Below the pieces are notes generated by a model. The model ran no database searches. It worked only from the letters and a program-made list of their open reading frames with translations, and was not told the DNA's origin. From NCBI RefSeq assembly GCF_009914755.1, contig NC_060934.1: a stretch of 64,000 nt of DNA; one strand, written 5' to 3'. The position numbers and the translations under genes were made by a program. This document shows, in pieces, positions 13,134-27,085 of this stretch. Position 1 is the first letter of the stretch; the number at the start of each line of letters is the position of its first letter. The DNA comes from the human T2T-CHM13v2.0 reference genome, Homo sapiens.

Positions 13134-13499
13134 GGTTTTTAAACTTTTATTCTTGGGCTAGCTCTGCAAAATTTGTGGTTGGTATCTATTGGCAAAGACC
13201 AAATGAGAGCAAGAAAAAGCATATAGAAGGAAAATACAAATATCTGGATGATAACAAAGTGTATTGCAAAAGTCACTGGTCAAGGGAGTCAAGTGGGCCC
13301 TGGGTTGATATTGGAAAAATTACTTCACTCCTCTGAACTTGAATTAATTAATCAATAAGATGATATTCCAGGAGTTCCCTTCCAGTGGCAAAATTCTATC
13401 ATTAACTATGGGGTACCTTTTGCTTCTATCAAATTAACAAAACTTACAGAGTTTGGAACGGAGGATGGGGGGGATGCATAACCCTTTCTAAGGTTCATA

Positions 13500-14150
13500 A
13501 AATTCATACTCTCATTTACAGCCTGGGTGGGCAGAACAGAATGGAGAACTGCTATAAATTAGTATAACTCTTTACAAGGAAAATTTGGTAAAATACATCC
13601 AGAACATGAGACTCAAACAGTGGTTCAAAGTTGGCAATCTCTAATTTTCAGAATGGCAAAGTTCCAATGCCCATTTAGTTAAGTTGTTTAACATAGTTAT
13701 CTTATATGTAGTTGTCTGAAAGGGTGTTACGAGAATTAAATTAAATTCAGGTAAAGGCCTGCCCCACTAACAACCTGGCCCTTGGTAAGTACTGAAAACA
13801 TGTAAGTTATCATTTTTATTTTGTTTTTACCCAATAACCCCACTCCTGGGATTTATCTCTAAGAAATCATTATAAGAAAAAACAAAGGTACTTGATAATT
13901 TGTGGTATCATTGATTGTAATCAGAAAAAAATAACTGAAAAAAACCTAAATGTTCAACAACTGAAAAGTGGTAGTAAACCTGATAGAGAATTAAGAAGCC
14001 ATTAAAGTAATTACTATAAAGAGTCGACAATATTGTGGGAAAATATGAATGATATAGTACTAACTGAGGAAAGCATGATCCAAATTGCCTGTACATTATG
14101 ATTTTAACTATATAAAATGTACATACTTGTATATAAAGGCAAGAAAAGAT
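13500..14150 (+). mobile_element. Old L1ME 3' fragments with an embedded MIR piece
   Basis: CCCACTCCTGGGATTTATC and AACCTAAATGTTCAACAA L1 3' motifs. Confidence 0.55.
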
Positions 14151-15068
14151 GGAAAACTGTAGTCAATATTTGAATAAACTGAATAATGTTTCTCCTTTAA
14201 TTTTTTTCAAGATTAGCATGGTATTGTTAAATAATGCATTGTAAAACAAATAAGTAAATAAAAACGAACGAACAAATGAAACAAAACAAAAGACAAAACC
14301 CTTCCAGGTAAAGGATAACATTAATAACTGCTAGTTTTAACTCCCTTGGGGTTGTAAAAGGGGCACCAAGCCCAGGGCATCCTACTAGCTAGGTGGAGCC
14401 TTACACATACCGATACTGTGCACACAGGATGATTAGAGGATATGCTTTTGACATGGCTATTTTAGTGACAGGACTAGATTGTAAACATTTCTGATCACTC
14501 CATCAAAGTATTTACTCCAAATATCAATTGAACTCTTAACTAATAAAAATATAGTAACTTTCTTATTGCAATTTGACCATATAAATGCACTTGTATACAT
14601 GGAGCACATATCTTATTTTAATTTTATTGTCACTATATTTTCTGATAGGTACTTTAAAATTTATGAATATCAGAACAATCTCCTGTTTTATAAAACCTGC
14701 TCCCTTCAAAATTTTCAGACATAGCTTCTATTGATCTAGGTTCTAGGGTACATTCAAAGAGTTTCTATTTCTCAGAATTTTCCCCAAAATGTCCTTTACA
14801 TTTCCCCAAAATGTAAAGAACCATATCCAAATAGTACCAATATCCAGTAAAAACCATTTGAATAGCAAGTCATCAAAACTTCAAAATGATCCAATTAGCA
14901 TAAAAGGGTTAAGAATAAACTGATTAAATAATTCAAACCATATATTAAATAATTCAAACCATAGGTTGACCTGAAAGCCCATAGATGTGGAACATTTATT
15001 TCTAATTTACTCATGGAATGTAATGAAATTACATTACCACTTGTTAAATCTTAGCAATTTAACAGTTA

Positions 15069-15380
15069 TATTATTATTATTATTTTTAAGTAGAGACAGT
15101 ATCTCTCTGTGTGACCCAGGCTGGAATACAGCAGCATGATCATGGCTCCCTGTAACATGGAACTCGTGGAGTCAAGCAATCTTCCCACCTCAGCCTCTGG
15201 AGTAGCTAGGACTATTAGGCATGTACCACCATGCACCACTAATTTTTATTTTCTATTTTTTCACAGAGACAGGGTCTCACTGTGTTGCCCAAGCTGATCT
15301 TGAACTCCTGGCCTCAAGTGATCCTCCCAGCTCGGCCCCTCAAAGCATTGAGATTACAGGCATGAGCCACCACACCTGGA
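15069..15380 (-). mobile_element. AluJ (Jo/Jr)
   Basis: Antisense Alu; TSD TAACAGTTA at 15060-15068 and 15381-15389. Confidence 0.92.
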
Positions 15381-15395
15381 TAACAGTTAAATTCT

Positions 15396-15696
15396 GTATT
15401 TTATTTTATTTTACTGACAGGCTCTTGCTCTGTTGCCCAGGCTGGAGTGCAGTGGCATGATCTTGGCTCACTGCAACCTCCACCTCCCTGGCTCAGGTGA
15501 TCTTCCCACCTCAAGCCTCCTGAGTAGCTGGGAATACACACGTGTGCCACCACAACTGGCTAACTTTTGTATTTTTAGTAGTGATGGGGTTTCATCATGT
15601 TGCCCAGGCTGGACTCGAACTCCTGGGCTCAAGTGATCTGCCCACCTCAGCCTCCTAAAGTGCTGGGATCACAGGTGTGAGCCACTGTGCCTGGCC
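15396..15696 (-). mobile_element. AluJb
   Basis: Antisense Alu; TSD AGTTA(A/C)ATTCT at 15385-15395 and 15697-15707. Confidence 0.92.
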
Positions 15697-16544
15697 AGTT
15701 ACATTCTTAAACTGAGAGTATGGGGACATTATGTATACTTTGAGTATCTGGTTAGAGGTCTTTCAGACACAAAACTGGGGATGGAAAACATTTAAAAAGA
15801 TTAGCAAAAAGTGAAAAATCTCAAAATTAAGTGAAAGGGGGAAAAAAGAAAAATTTACACTATATGTTATAAGAGATACCTCAGGATTAGGTGGACCATA
15901 TCTCTGTTGCATTATCCGAATCTTCAGTTATCAAAGCTCAAGACTTAGTATGACTACCAAAGCCCTATCATGATCCCAGAGATTTCTAAATGAGCTTTAG
16001 AATAAATTTGAATAAATATTCTTTAATTTATCCTGACACCACCAAGTCCACCTTCTACTTAACTCAGCAAATATTTGTTGAGTGCTTATCATGTTCAAGA
16101 CATGGGAGTAAGCAAAAGAAATAAATCCAGAAATGAACAAATGTAAACCTTTCCCAATCTACGAACTCTCAGATGTTTCCTAAGCAGAACTCTCTATTAT
16201 CCTTTATAGATCTCTTTAGGAACAAAAAAGATGCTCACAACTGGGCCAGTGGCTTTTCTACTGAGTTGAATTTCATTCTCAACTTCCAAAAACCACAAGC
16301 TAATTCATCAACAAGTTAACTGTCTGACAAGTAAAATAAATTGCCTTATGACAAGTCTCTCACTTCCCCTGAATGATTTTAATTATCCCTGCAGCCAAGA
16401 ATTGTGACTAACTTCTGTGACAGAAGTGAGGAGTACATTGTTTAAAAAGCTATTAACATTGTGGTTTTTTTCTTGTTTTTGTTTTCTTTTCCCCCAGCAT
16501 TAAACCTTTGTAGAGCTGTCCTCTGTCCTGGAGCAGGGAACAGG

Positions 16545-17110
<566 letters not shown>

Positions 17111-17174
17111 CTGCATTTATAGATTCAAATTATAAGAAAGTCATGGGCTAGGAGATCAAATATTAAAAGAAAAT

Positions 17175-18937
17175 GCCTGAACTCCATTTCTAGATAGATA
17201 GCAAATTAGATACCCTGAACACTACTTGACCTGCATTAAAAAAATTCTGAATAAAACATAAAAATATCTTGTAAAATGCATTAGTGAGCTGGTAAGAAAG
17301 TAAGGAAAGCCAAAGAGGGTACAAACTAGGGAATCCAGCAAGAAAAGTAAGCACTAAAGCCAAAAGTCCTGGGAACATCTCTAACTGCCTGGAGACCCTG
17401 AGTGGTATTTGACATTGCTGTAAGGACTGAAGACAAAGTCTAGAGCTTCACAAGGCAAGAAGTCAGACAGAGGATCCCTATATAAAGCCAGGACCTCAAA
17501 GGGCTATACCATAATGAAGTGGTAAACTAGAAAAAAAAAAAATAGGCAGTAAAGAAAAAAAAATTCCATAAAAAGTGGCAACAGTGAAAACTGCCTCTCT
17601 TGACTTTGGCAAGAAATGGACAGATGGAAAGAAAATAACTATTTTCTGAAAACATATGCCACAGATTGGCCTTCACATAAATATAGAACCTAAATTCACA
17701 CTAGTGGTATAACTGGAAAAATCATAATCTTATTATTTATTCTTAAGTGGTCATAGATTGCTGGTGCCCAAAAGCACCTGGCAAAACAACACTCAAATAA
17801 TCTTTGAAGAAAACAATCCTTCAGTTCAGGACTGAAAAAATCATCTCCAAATAAGTAACAACAGAAAACAAGGCACCATGAGCAAGAAATAGCAAGTACA
17901 ACAGCAGATATTAGAATTGGACCCCAGAATATTTCAGATATTGAAATTATCAGGTACAGAATATGACAAACATGTTTTCTATGTTTAATGATATAATAAG
18001 GGATACTTTAAACACTGAAATAATGAGGCAAAATTTAAAATGAATCAAACAGAACTTCCAGAAGTGAAAAATGTTACCATTTAAAGTTCAATAAAAGATT
18101 AAACAGAATGGGAAAGCAAAAGTTCAGTAAAAGGTTAAACAGAATGGGAAAGCAAAATTTCAGACAATTAATGACATGGAAGATAGAGCTAAAGAAATTA
18201 CCTAAAAACATGCATAGAAAGTCAAAGATATAGAAAATATGAAAGAGAAACTGAAAGACAATGAGGTTAGACTGAAAAGGTTCAACATATGTCCAAACAA
18301 AATTTCAGAGAAAATAATGAACAATCAGGGTAGGAGACAATATTTAAAAGATATAACTAAGAATTTTCCAGAATTGATGAAAACGTGAATTTTCAGATTG
18401 AGGAATAACAATGTTGCCAAGAAAGATAAAGAAAAAGACATCTCCACCAAGACATAGTGAAAATACAAAACATCAAAGACATGATCTTAAAAGCAGCCAG
18501 AGAGAAAAGAAAAATGGTATACACAGGAAGAGTTACATTAACATCTGACCTCTCAGAAGCAACAATGGATGCCAAAAGATAGTGAAATAATACCTGAAAG
18601 TGATGAGAAAACAAATAACCATCAACCTGGAATTGTATACAAGTTGTATACAAACCAAAACGATTTTTCAAAAATGAGAGTGAAACAAAGACATCTGAAG
18701 TTTAAAAAAAATTTAGGAGTGTTTACCATACCATACTCTCAGACCATCACAGTTTCTGAGAGTAAACACTGAAATTAGGATTACAAAAAAAATCAATTAG
18801 AAAAACCCATACGTATAGAAATTAAAAACACACTTCTATACAGCTGATCATACATATGATTTTTTCAGGTAAGAAAAAAATAGCATATAGAAAATACAGA
18901 GAGTTGAACAATAACAAAAAATACTGCTTCTCAAAAT
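17175..18937 (+). mobile_element. Old L1M (L1ME-like) 5'UTR, ORF1 and part of ORF2, decayed
   Basis: ORF1-type motifs GAATTTTCCAGAATTGATGAAA and ATCTTAAAAGCAGCCAGAGAGAAAAG. Confidence 0.75.
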
Positions 18938-18939
18938 AG

Positions 18940-20107
18940 GCCCAATCTTTTAAATTCATTGCCTAAGATATAGTTAGCCAGAGTTTCTATGATCACAGTA
19001 GAATAAATTTTCTTACAGCCACAGAGTCCATGTAGCTGAAAATTGAATGCAGAATCCAATTCTGTGTGTATTTTAATTATTTCACCTCATCAGGTCTCTG
19101 TGTAAAGGTAATCACATTCATTGAGAAAGTTTAGGAAGATTCAGATAATTCTAAGTACTCTCATCTTCAAAACAGTACTCTTGTCTACTCTGTCAACCAA
19201 AGGAACTTCACCCCAATGTTTGAGAAGCCTATTTCTGCCTTACTTAAAAACTCATGCACATGTATGTTTATTGCGGCACTATTCACAATAGCAAAGACTT
19301 GGAACCAACCCAAATGTCCAACAATGATAGACTGGATTAAGAAAATGTGGCACATATACACCATGGAATACTATGCAGCCATAAAAAATGATGAGTTCAT
19401 GTCCTTTGTAGGGACATGGATGAAATTGGAAATCATCATTCTCAGTAAACTATCACAAGGACAAAAAACCAAACACTGCATGTTCTCACTCATAGATGGG
19501 AATTGAACAATGAGAACACATGGACACAGGAAGGGGAACATCACACTCTGGGGACTGTTGTGGGGTGGGGGGAGGGGGGAGGGATAGCCTTAGGAGATAT
19601 GCCTAATGCTAAATGACGAGTTAATGGGTACAGCACACCAGCATGGCACATGTATACATATGTAACTAACCTGCACATTGTGCACATGTACCCTAAAACT
19701 TAAAGTATAATAATAATTAAAAAAAAGAAAAAAAAAACCTCATCTATAGTATCTCCTCTAAAGTAGTTCCCTTGCAACGAGATACCATTTTTCTCATGTT
19801 TCATCTAAATATCTCATTGCCTACAGTTGATCCTAGTATATTTCCAGGTGGCGAATTGCAAAGTCAAACCCAGGAGGAAAATGCTTGCATGGTAAAAGAT
19901 TGGCTAATTATACATTGGTGGAAACTATTTAGGGGGAAATTTGGAGGGAGCTAGACCAGTGAGAGAGAAAAATACTTTTAGAACCAGCTAATTTGTGGCT
20001 ACAGGTGAATTTACCAGAGATTCTATATTCAACACAGTAGACAGTGCAACAGGGAGTAGTTCTAATCATATGGTTGGTTGGTTGTCTGAAACCTGGACAA
20101 AATGGTG
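18940..20107 (+). mobile_element. ERVL-type internal (gag-region) fragment without LTRs
   Basis: TTACCAGAGATTCT..GGTTGGTTGTCTGAAACCTGGAC and GCTGAAAAT..CAGGTCTCT resemble ERVL-int (recalled). Confidence 0.6.
19253..19735 (+). mobile_element. L1PA3 3' fragment (5'-truncated)
   Basis: ORF2 C-terminus, G-rich 3'UTR, GCTAAATGACGAG and AAGGACAAAAAACC diagnostics; TSD AAAA(A/C)CTCAT. Confidence 0.92.
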
Positions 20108-22415
20108 ATGAAGAAAAAACATGGTTTAAGAGAAATTTTTAGCATTAAAATGCATGTATTAGAAAACAGAAAAACACCTAAAATCAATAACATGGTTTCA
20201 CATTAGGAAACTAGAGAAAGAAAAGCAATTTAAGCCTAAAGTAAGCAGAAGAAAAAGAATTAATAAAAATTAGAGCAGGAATGAATGAAATTGAAATTAA
20301 GAAAGCAACAGGGAAAAACAATGGAACTAAAACCATCAGTAACTGATAAACTTCTAGCCAGGCTAACCAAGAAATAAAGAGAGCCAACACAAATTACCAG
20401 TCTGATCCAATTGATATTAAAAGGATAATAATGGAATGCTAGATAAAACTCTGTGACCACAAATTTGGTAACTTATATGAAATGGATCAATTCCTCAGAA
20501 GACACAAATTAACAACTCACACAAGGAGAAATAGGTAATCTGAATAGGCCAATATCTATTAAAGAAGTTGAATTAATAATGACATTCTAAAAAAAGAAAG
20601 CACCAGATTCACATGGTGTCACTGGGACATTCTGCCAAACATTTAAGGAAGAAATGCTACAACCTTGGATGGAGCTGGAGGCCGTTACTCTAAGTGAAGT
20701 AACTCAGGTATGGAAAACCAAATGTTGTATGTTCTCACTTATAAGTGGGAGCTAAGCTATGAGGATGCAAAGGCATAAGAATTATATAATGGACTTTGGG
20801 GACTTGAAGGGAAGGGTGGGATTAGGGTGAGGGATAAAAAACTATTTATTGAGTACAGTGTACACCGCTTGGGTGATAGGTGCACCAAAATCTCAGAAAT
20901 CTCCACTAAAGAAGTTATTCGTGTAACCAAAAACCAACTGTTGCCCAAAAACTATTGAAATAAAATAGAAAAATAAAGTTTATATGGAAAAGCAAAAGAT
21001 CTAGAATAGCCAACACAATACTGAAGAACAGCATTGGAAGACTCACACTATCCATTTCAAAGACTACAATAAAACAGCATAAGGCTACATTAATCAAGAC
21101 CAATAAAATGACAGTAATCAAGACACCATGACATACACATTAATAGAACAGAGTAGAGAGTCCAGAAAATGACATACAAATAAAGTCAACTGATCTTTAA
21201 TAAACCGGCAAAGGCAATTCAAGGGAGAAAGGATATCTTTCAAAAAAATGGTATGGAAACAATGGGACATCCATATGCAATAAAAAACAAAGCTAGATTC
21301 AGATCTCATACCCTTCACAAAAATTAACTCAACATGTATTATATATTTGAATGTAAAATGCAAAACTTCTAGATAAAAACAGGAGAAAATGGTTGAGACC
21401 TTGGGTTTGGTAATGAGTTTTAGATAAAACACCAAAAGCATGACCCATGAAAGAAAAAAAATTGATTAGTTAGCCTTTATTAAAATTGAAAACTTCTGCT
21501 CAGCAAAAGATATCATTAATGGAACGAAAAGCCACAGACTGGGCAAAAAAGATTTTCAAAATATATACCTGATAAAAGACTTATGCCAAAAATATACCAA
21601 AGAACTCTTAGAACTCAACAATGAGGAAAAAAACCTCAACCCAATTAAAACGTAAGCAAAAGATATGAACAGACACCGTATCAAAGAAGACATACAGATG
21701 GCAAATAAGCATATGAAAAGATGCTCAGCCTCATCTGTCATTAAGGTATTGCAAATCAAATAAAAATAGTACTGCCACTAAAAGACAGTTTGGCAGCTAT
21801 GTTACAAAGCTAAACATAGTCTTACCTTACAATCCAACAATCACACTCATAGATATTCACCCAACTGATTTGAATGTTTCAGTCCACAAAGAAACCCTAC
21901 ATGTGAATGTTACAGCATCTTTATTTATAATTGCCCCAAATTGGAAGTAACCAAGATAACCTTCAATAGGTGAATGTATAAACAAATATGGTACATCATA
22001 AAGTGGAATCTCATTTAGTGATAAAAGGAAAGAAATTATCAAGCCACAAAGACATGGATTAATCTTAAACGCATACTAAGTAAAAGAAACTAGTACATGA
22101 AAAGGGTATGGTACGGTATGATTCCAAATATATGACATTCTGGAAAAGGCAAAATATCAAGATAGTAAAAAGATCAGTGTTTCTAGGGGCTCAGAGGAAG
22201 GAAGGGATGGTTGAATAGACAGTAGAGATTTTTTTTAGGGTGATGAAACTATTCTGTATATTATAGCAGTAGGTACATGACACAATCCATTTGACAAAAA
22301 AATAAAACAGCACACAAAAGTGAACCTTAACGTATGCAAATTATAGAAAACTATTTAGGAGATCAGAGGATTCCAAGATGGACTGCAGAATGTAACAATA
22401 CAATCCAACTGGTGT
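20108..22415 (+). mobile_element. L1MC-like ORF2 and 3'UTR remnant
   Basis: Decayed ORF2; 3'UTR motifs ATGACATTCTGGAAAAGGCAAAA and GCAGAATGTAACAA. Confidence 0.8.
20660..20973 (+). mobile_element. L1PB1 3' end
   Basis: GAGCTAAGCTATGAGGATGCAAAGGCATAAGAAT..CCCAAAAACTATTGAAATAAAA. Confidence 0.88.
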
Positions 22416-22689
22416 AAAGATCAACAGATAGACACATGGAAAACAATAGAGTCCAGAAATAAACAAAACTTATTTGGAAAACTGATTTTGACAAAAGTGC
22501 AAAGGCAATTCAGTGGAGAAAGAATAGTTTGCTCAACAAATTGTGCTGGAACATATGTCCATGTATAAAACAGCAAACTTTGATCCATAACTCTAAACAT
22601 AAGAAAAAGATAAAAATGGATAATACACCTAAATGCAAAACATAAAACTCCAAAAGTATACAAAAACTACAGGAAAAACTTTGTGCCTT

Positions 22690-22895
22690 GGCTTAGATAA
22701 ATTTTTTCTGCAAAGGGCAAAAAAGTAAATATTTCAGATTTTGTGTGCCATGTGGTCTTCGTTCCAGCAATTCTGTGTGCTTTTGTAGCTTGAAAGCAAT
22801 TGCAAACGACATGTAAACAAGAATACATGGCTGTGATCCAAAATAACTTTATTGCCCAAAACAGGCAGCAGGCCAGATTTGACCCATGGGCTCTA
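22690..22895. mobile_element. MER58A
   Basis: TTTTCTGCAAAGGGC..AAAACAGGCAGCAGGCCAGATTTGACCCATGGGC. Confidence 0.8.
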
Positions 22896-23365
22896 GATAG
22901 AACAACAAAAGCATAGTCTATTTTAAAAATCGATAAATTTGACTTCATTAAAATTGAAGCATTTGCTTGTTGAAAGACACAATCAAGAGAATGAAATAAC
23001 AAGTAACACAAAGGGAGAAAAATATTTACAAACCATATATCTGATAAAGGACTTGTATCCAGATGATATAAACAACCCTTAAAACTCAATAATATGAAAA
23101 CAAACAGCCAAATTTTAAAATGGGCAAAAGATTTGAACCTATACTTCACCAAAGGAATATAGATGGCAAATAAGCCCATGAAAAAAATGTTCAACATTAT
23201 AAATTATTAGGAAAATGTAAATTAAAACCAGAATGAAGGACTACTGCACACCTATTAAAATGGCTAAAAATAAAAGACTGACAATAGCAAGTTTTGGTGA
23301 GGAGGTAGAGGAATGAAAATTCTTAGACATTGCTGATGGAAATGTAAAATGGTACCATCACTTGA

Positions 23366-23703
<338 letters not shown>

Positions 23704-24299
23704 TAGGTATTTGACCAAAAGGAATAAAAGCATATGTCTACATAAAGACTTGTACAAGCATATTCATAGTAGCTTTATCTTTAACAATCAAAAGCTAGAA
23801 ACAACTCAAATGTCCATCAATAAATGAATTTATAAGCAAGCTGTGGTATAGCCATACAATGGAACACCACTTGTCAATAAAAAGGAACACTACAACATGG
23901 ATGAATATTAATATAATTGTACGGAGTAAAAGAAGCCAAAACCCAGTACAAACTGTAATATTCCATTTATGTACAGTTCAAGAAAATACAAACTAATATA
24001 TAGTGATTAAAAGCAAATCAGTGTTACCTGGGACAAAGTGGAGGAAGGGAGGGAAAAGTTGGTAAGAGGCGTGAGAAAACTTTGGGGGATGATGGATATA
24101 CAGTACATGTTCATACAAATGTATGAACATTATGTATGATATGGATATACAGTACATGTTAGTTATGCACGAACATTATATATGATATGCCAAAACTTAT
24201 CAAATTGAACACTTTTAAGTGCAGCTTATTGTAATGTCAATTATACTCCAACAAAACTGTTATAAAAAATACATAAAGCCAGATACCTGTACATGTTCG

Positions 24300-24990
24300 T
24301 CAAAGTAGATAAAATGTAAAATACTAAATATTGATAATATTAAATGTTGGTGAAGATGTGGAAAAATCAAATCTCTCATACATTACTTGAAGGAATGTAA
24401 AATAGTACCATCACTTTGCAAACACAATTTGGCAATTTCTTGAATTTACCATACAACCCATGAATTCCACTCCTAGTTATTTACTGAAGAGAAACAAACA
24501 CATATGTACATATAAAAATGTATACATAAATACTCATAGCAGTTTTATTAATAGTAGCTAAAAACTGGAAACAACCCAAATGTCCATCAACAGGTATATG
24601 AATAAAGAAATTGTGGTATATTCATACAGTAGAATACTACTCAGCAGTAAAAAGGAATGAGTGCTTGATATGTGCAACAACATGAATGAATCTCAGAGTT
24701 ACTGTGCTGAGCAAAGACCTCCAGACACAAAGATGACATACAGAATGATTTCATTTATACGAAACTCTAGAAAAAAACAATTTAACCTAAGGTGACAGAA
24801 AGCAGATTAGTGATTGTTTGGGGCTGGGGATGGAGGAGGTGTTAGCCAAGGAGGAGCACAACAACACTTTTGGAGCTTGCTGAAATACCTTATATCTTGA
24901 TTTTGATGGCAGTTACATGGTTGTATAAATTTGTTAAACATTTACAATTTGGGTACATTTTATTGTGTGTTAATTTTATTTCAATACAGT
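24300..24990 (+). mobile_element. L1ME 3' end
   Basis: AAACTGGAAACAACCCAAATGTCCATCAACAGG and related motifs. Confidence 0.8.
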
Positions 24991-25309
24991 TGATTTGGAA
25001 AACAAAGTGTCCTCCAAGTGATTCTGGTATTAGGGAAATCTCTGAGCAAATCCAATCTCCAACTGAATGCAAATACATTTTCTACAACAGTCACCTAGCC
25101 CTACCTGAATATTTCTTATGTCTGAAGCTTGCTGCTAAACAGGGCTGCCTTGCCCACTTCTTGACAGCTCGGTCAGAAAATCTTTCCATGCTGAGTCTAA
25201 ATAAACTTCCCTCTGATGGCCATATTTGGCCAAGTTCTGCCCTCTGGAACTACTCTCATATAATCTTTATTGACAGCCTTCAAATATTAAAAGCTGCCTA
25301 TCTTGCAGA

Positions 25310-25555
25310 CAGTATAACAGAGAGAGTTTATATAACATGTGCTCTGAGAACTGACAGGCTTAGAATTTAATTCTGACCACATCACTTTTGAATGATTTTA
25401 AGCAAGCTACTTAACCTTTGTAGGCCTATGTTTCCTCAGCTGTTAAATATTCATAATAATAGCACTATGAGGATTATAAGGATTAAAGAGGTAATGCATG
25501 TAAAGCAGTTAACATAACGCCTGGCATATGGCACATGCTCAATTATAATTACCAG
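25310..25555 (+). mobile_element. MIR
   Basis: GCAAGCTACTTAACCT..TAATGCATGTAAAGCA..CCTGGCATA. Confidence 0.8.
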
Positions 25556-26264
25556 CTCTCCTTATCTTTCTCACACAGGCTAATCAACACCAGGTACCTT
25601 AGTCTCTAAGACTTTAATTCCAGAGTGCTCAACATCTAGGTTTCCTAAAAATGCTATAATTTGTTCATGTAATCACAACTCATACTGTCATCCATTATTT
25701 TTTTCGGCATTAAAGATGCCTTAGGATCTGAATCCGTAGTCACAAAATGCTGACTTAAGAAGTGTTAATTATTTGAGGCAAACAATAAAGGAAAAAGGAT
25801 TAGAAGAGATTTAGAATAAAGTATCAGATGAAGTAGTACTTGAATACAGTTTTGCAAACTAGGAGGTATATGAATAAAGGTGCATTTGACTGAAGAAAGA
25901 AGTGAGAATTTAACTTGTAATCTTGGCTAGACTTTCCAAGGTCCAAACTCATTTGCTACAGGAGTACTTTACTACTTGACATATAAAGTCCTACTTCATT
26001 TAAATCTATGTACAATAAGCATGAGTTTAAAGCCCAAGATCTCAGGTAACTTTATCACCATGTTAAGGTGCTGCCTATAGATTATAGCAACCTCAATACC
26101 TAAAGTATGAATGACAATATGAGTCAAAGCATCTAGGCTGATGCTCTGCTTCTCCTTTGATTTTGGACAAGTTACTCACCCTCTCAGGATATCAGTTTTC
26201 CTCTGTAAAATGGGAGGGTGTTGTCTAATACCTCCACAGTACTTTCTAACTTAAAACCCTATAA

Positions 26265-27085
26265 GCTGGGTTACACATGTGATTGCATTTAGTGAACATA
26301 TACTGATTTTTGGTGCATTTAATTGTATGCAAACTTTATGTGAAAATTTTAAAACCCTACATACAAATAATAAATTTTAGTTAATGATATGCATGCTAAA
26401 ATGTTTAGGGCTTAAGTGTAATGATTTCTGCAACTTATGTTAAAAGGCACCAAAAATAAGACAGATTAATGGGTGGATAGATGGATAGATAGGTGACAAA
26501 TTTCCTCAAATGGGTAAACCAGGTGAGATGACAATTCTACTCCTAGATATACACACCCAGGAGAATTAAAAACATATGCCCACACAAAAACTTGAACACA
26601 ATGCTTATAGCAGTATTATTCATAATAGCTAAAAGAGAGAAATAATCTAAATGTCCATCAGCAGCAGAATTGATAAATAAGATGTGATATAGTCATACAA
26701 TGGAATATTATTCAGCCATAAAAAGCAAGTACTTTTACAAGCAACAACATGAATGAAACTTAACTTCATTATGCTAAATGAATGAAGACAGTCACCAAAG
26801 ATTACATATTATATTATTTCATTTATATGAAATGCTCAGAATAAGAAAAACTATAGAGATAGAAAGTGGGTTAGTGGCTGCCTAGGCCTAGGGGAGTGGG
26901 GATTTGGGGAGTGATGGCTAGTGAGTACAGGTTTCATTTTTGGAGTAGTGAAAATGTAAAATTGATTGCAATATAAATGCACAACTTTATGAATATATTA
27001 AAAGACATTGAATTGTACACTTTAAATGGATGAATTGTATGGTATGTGAATTATATCTCAAGAAAGCTATGTTAAAGATAAAAAA
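26265..27085 (+). mobile_element. L1ME fragment followed by an L1MB 3' end
   Basis: ATTGAATTGTACACTTTAAATGGATGAATTGTATGGTATGTGAATTATATCTCAA. Confidence 0.8.

Noticed and set aside
14425-14496. Box C/D snoRNA-like ATGATT...CTGA
   Set aside because: Imperfect C box, no convincing terminal stem, no recognisable guide
19560-19585. G-quadruplex motif (also ~28925, ~42306, ~52465)
   Set aside because: Standard feature of L1PA 3'UTRs
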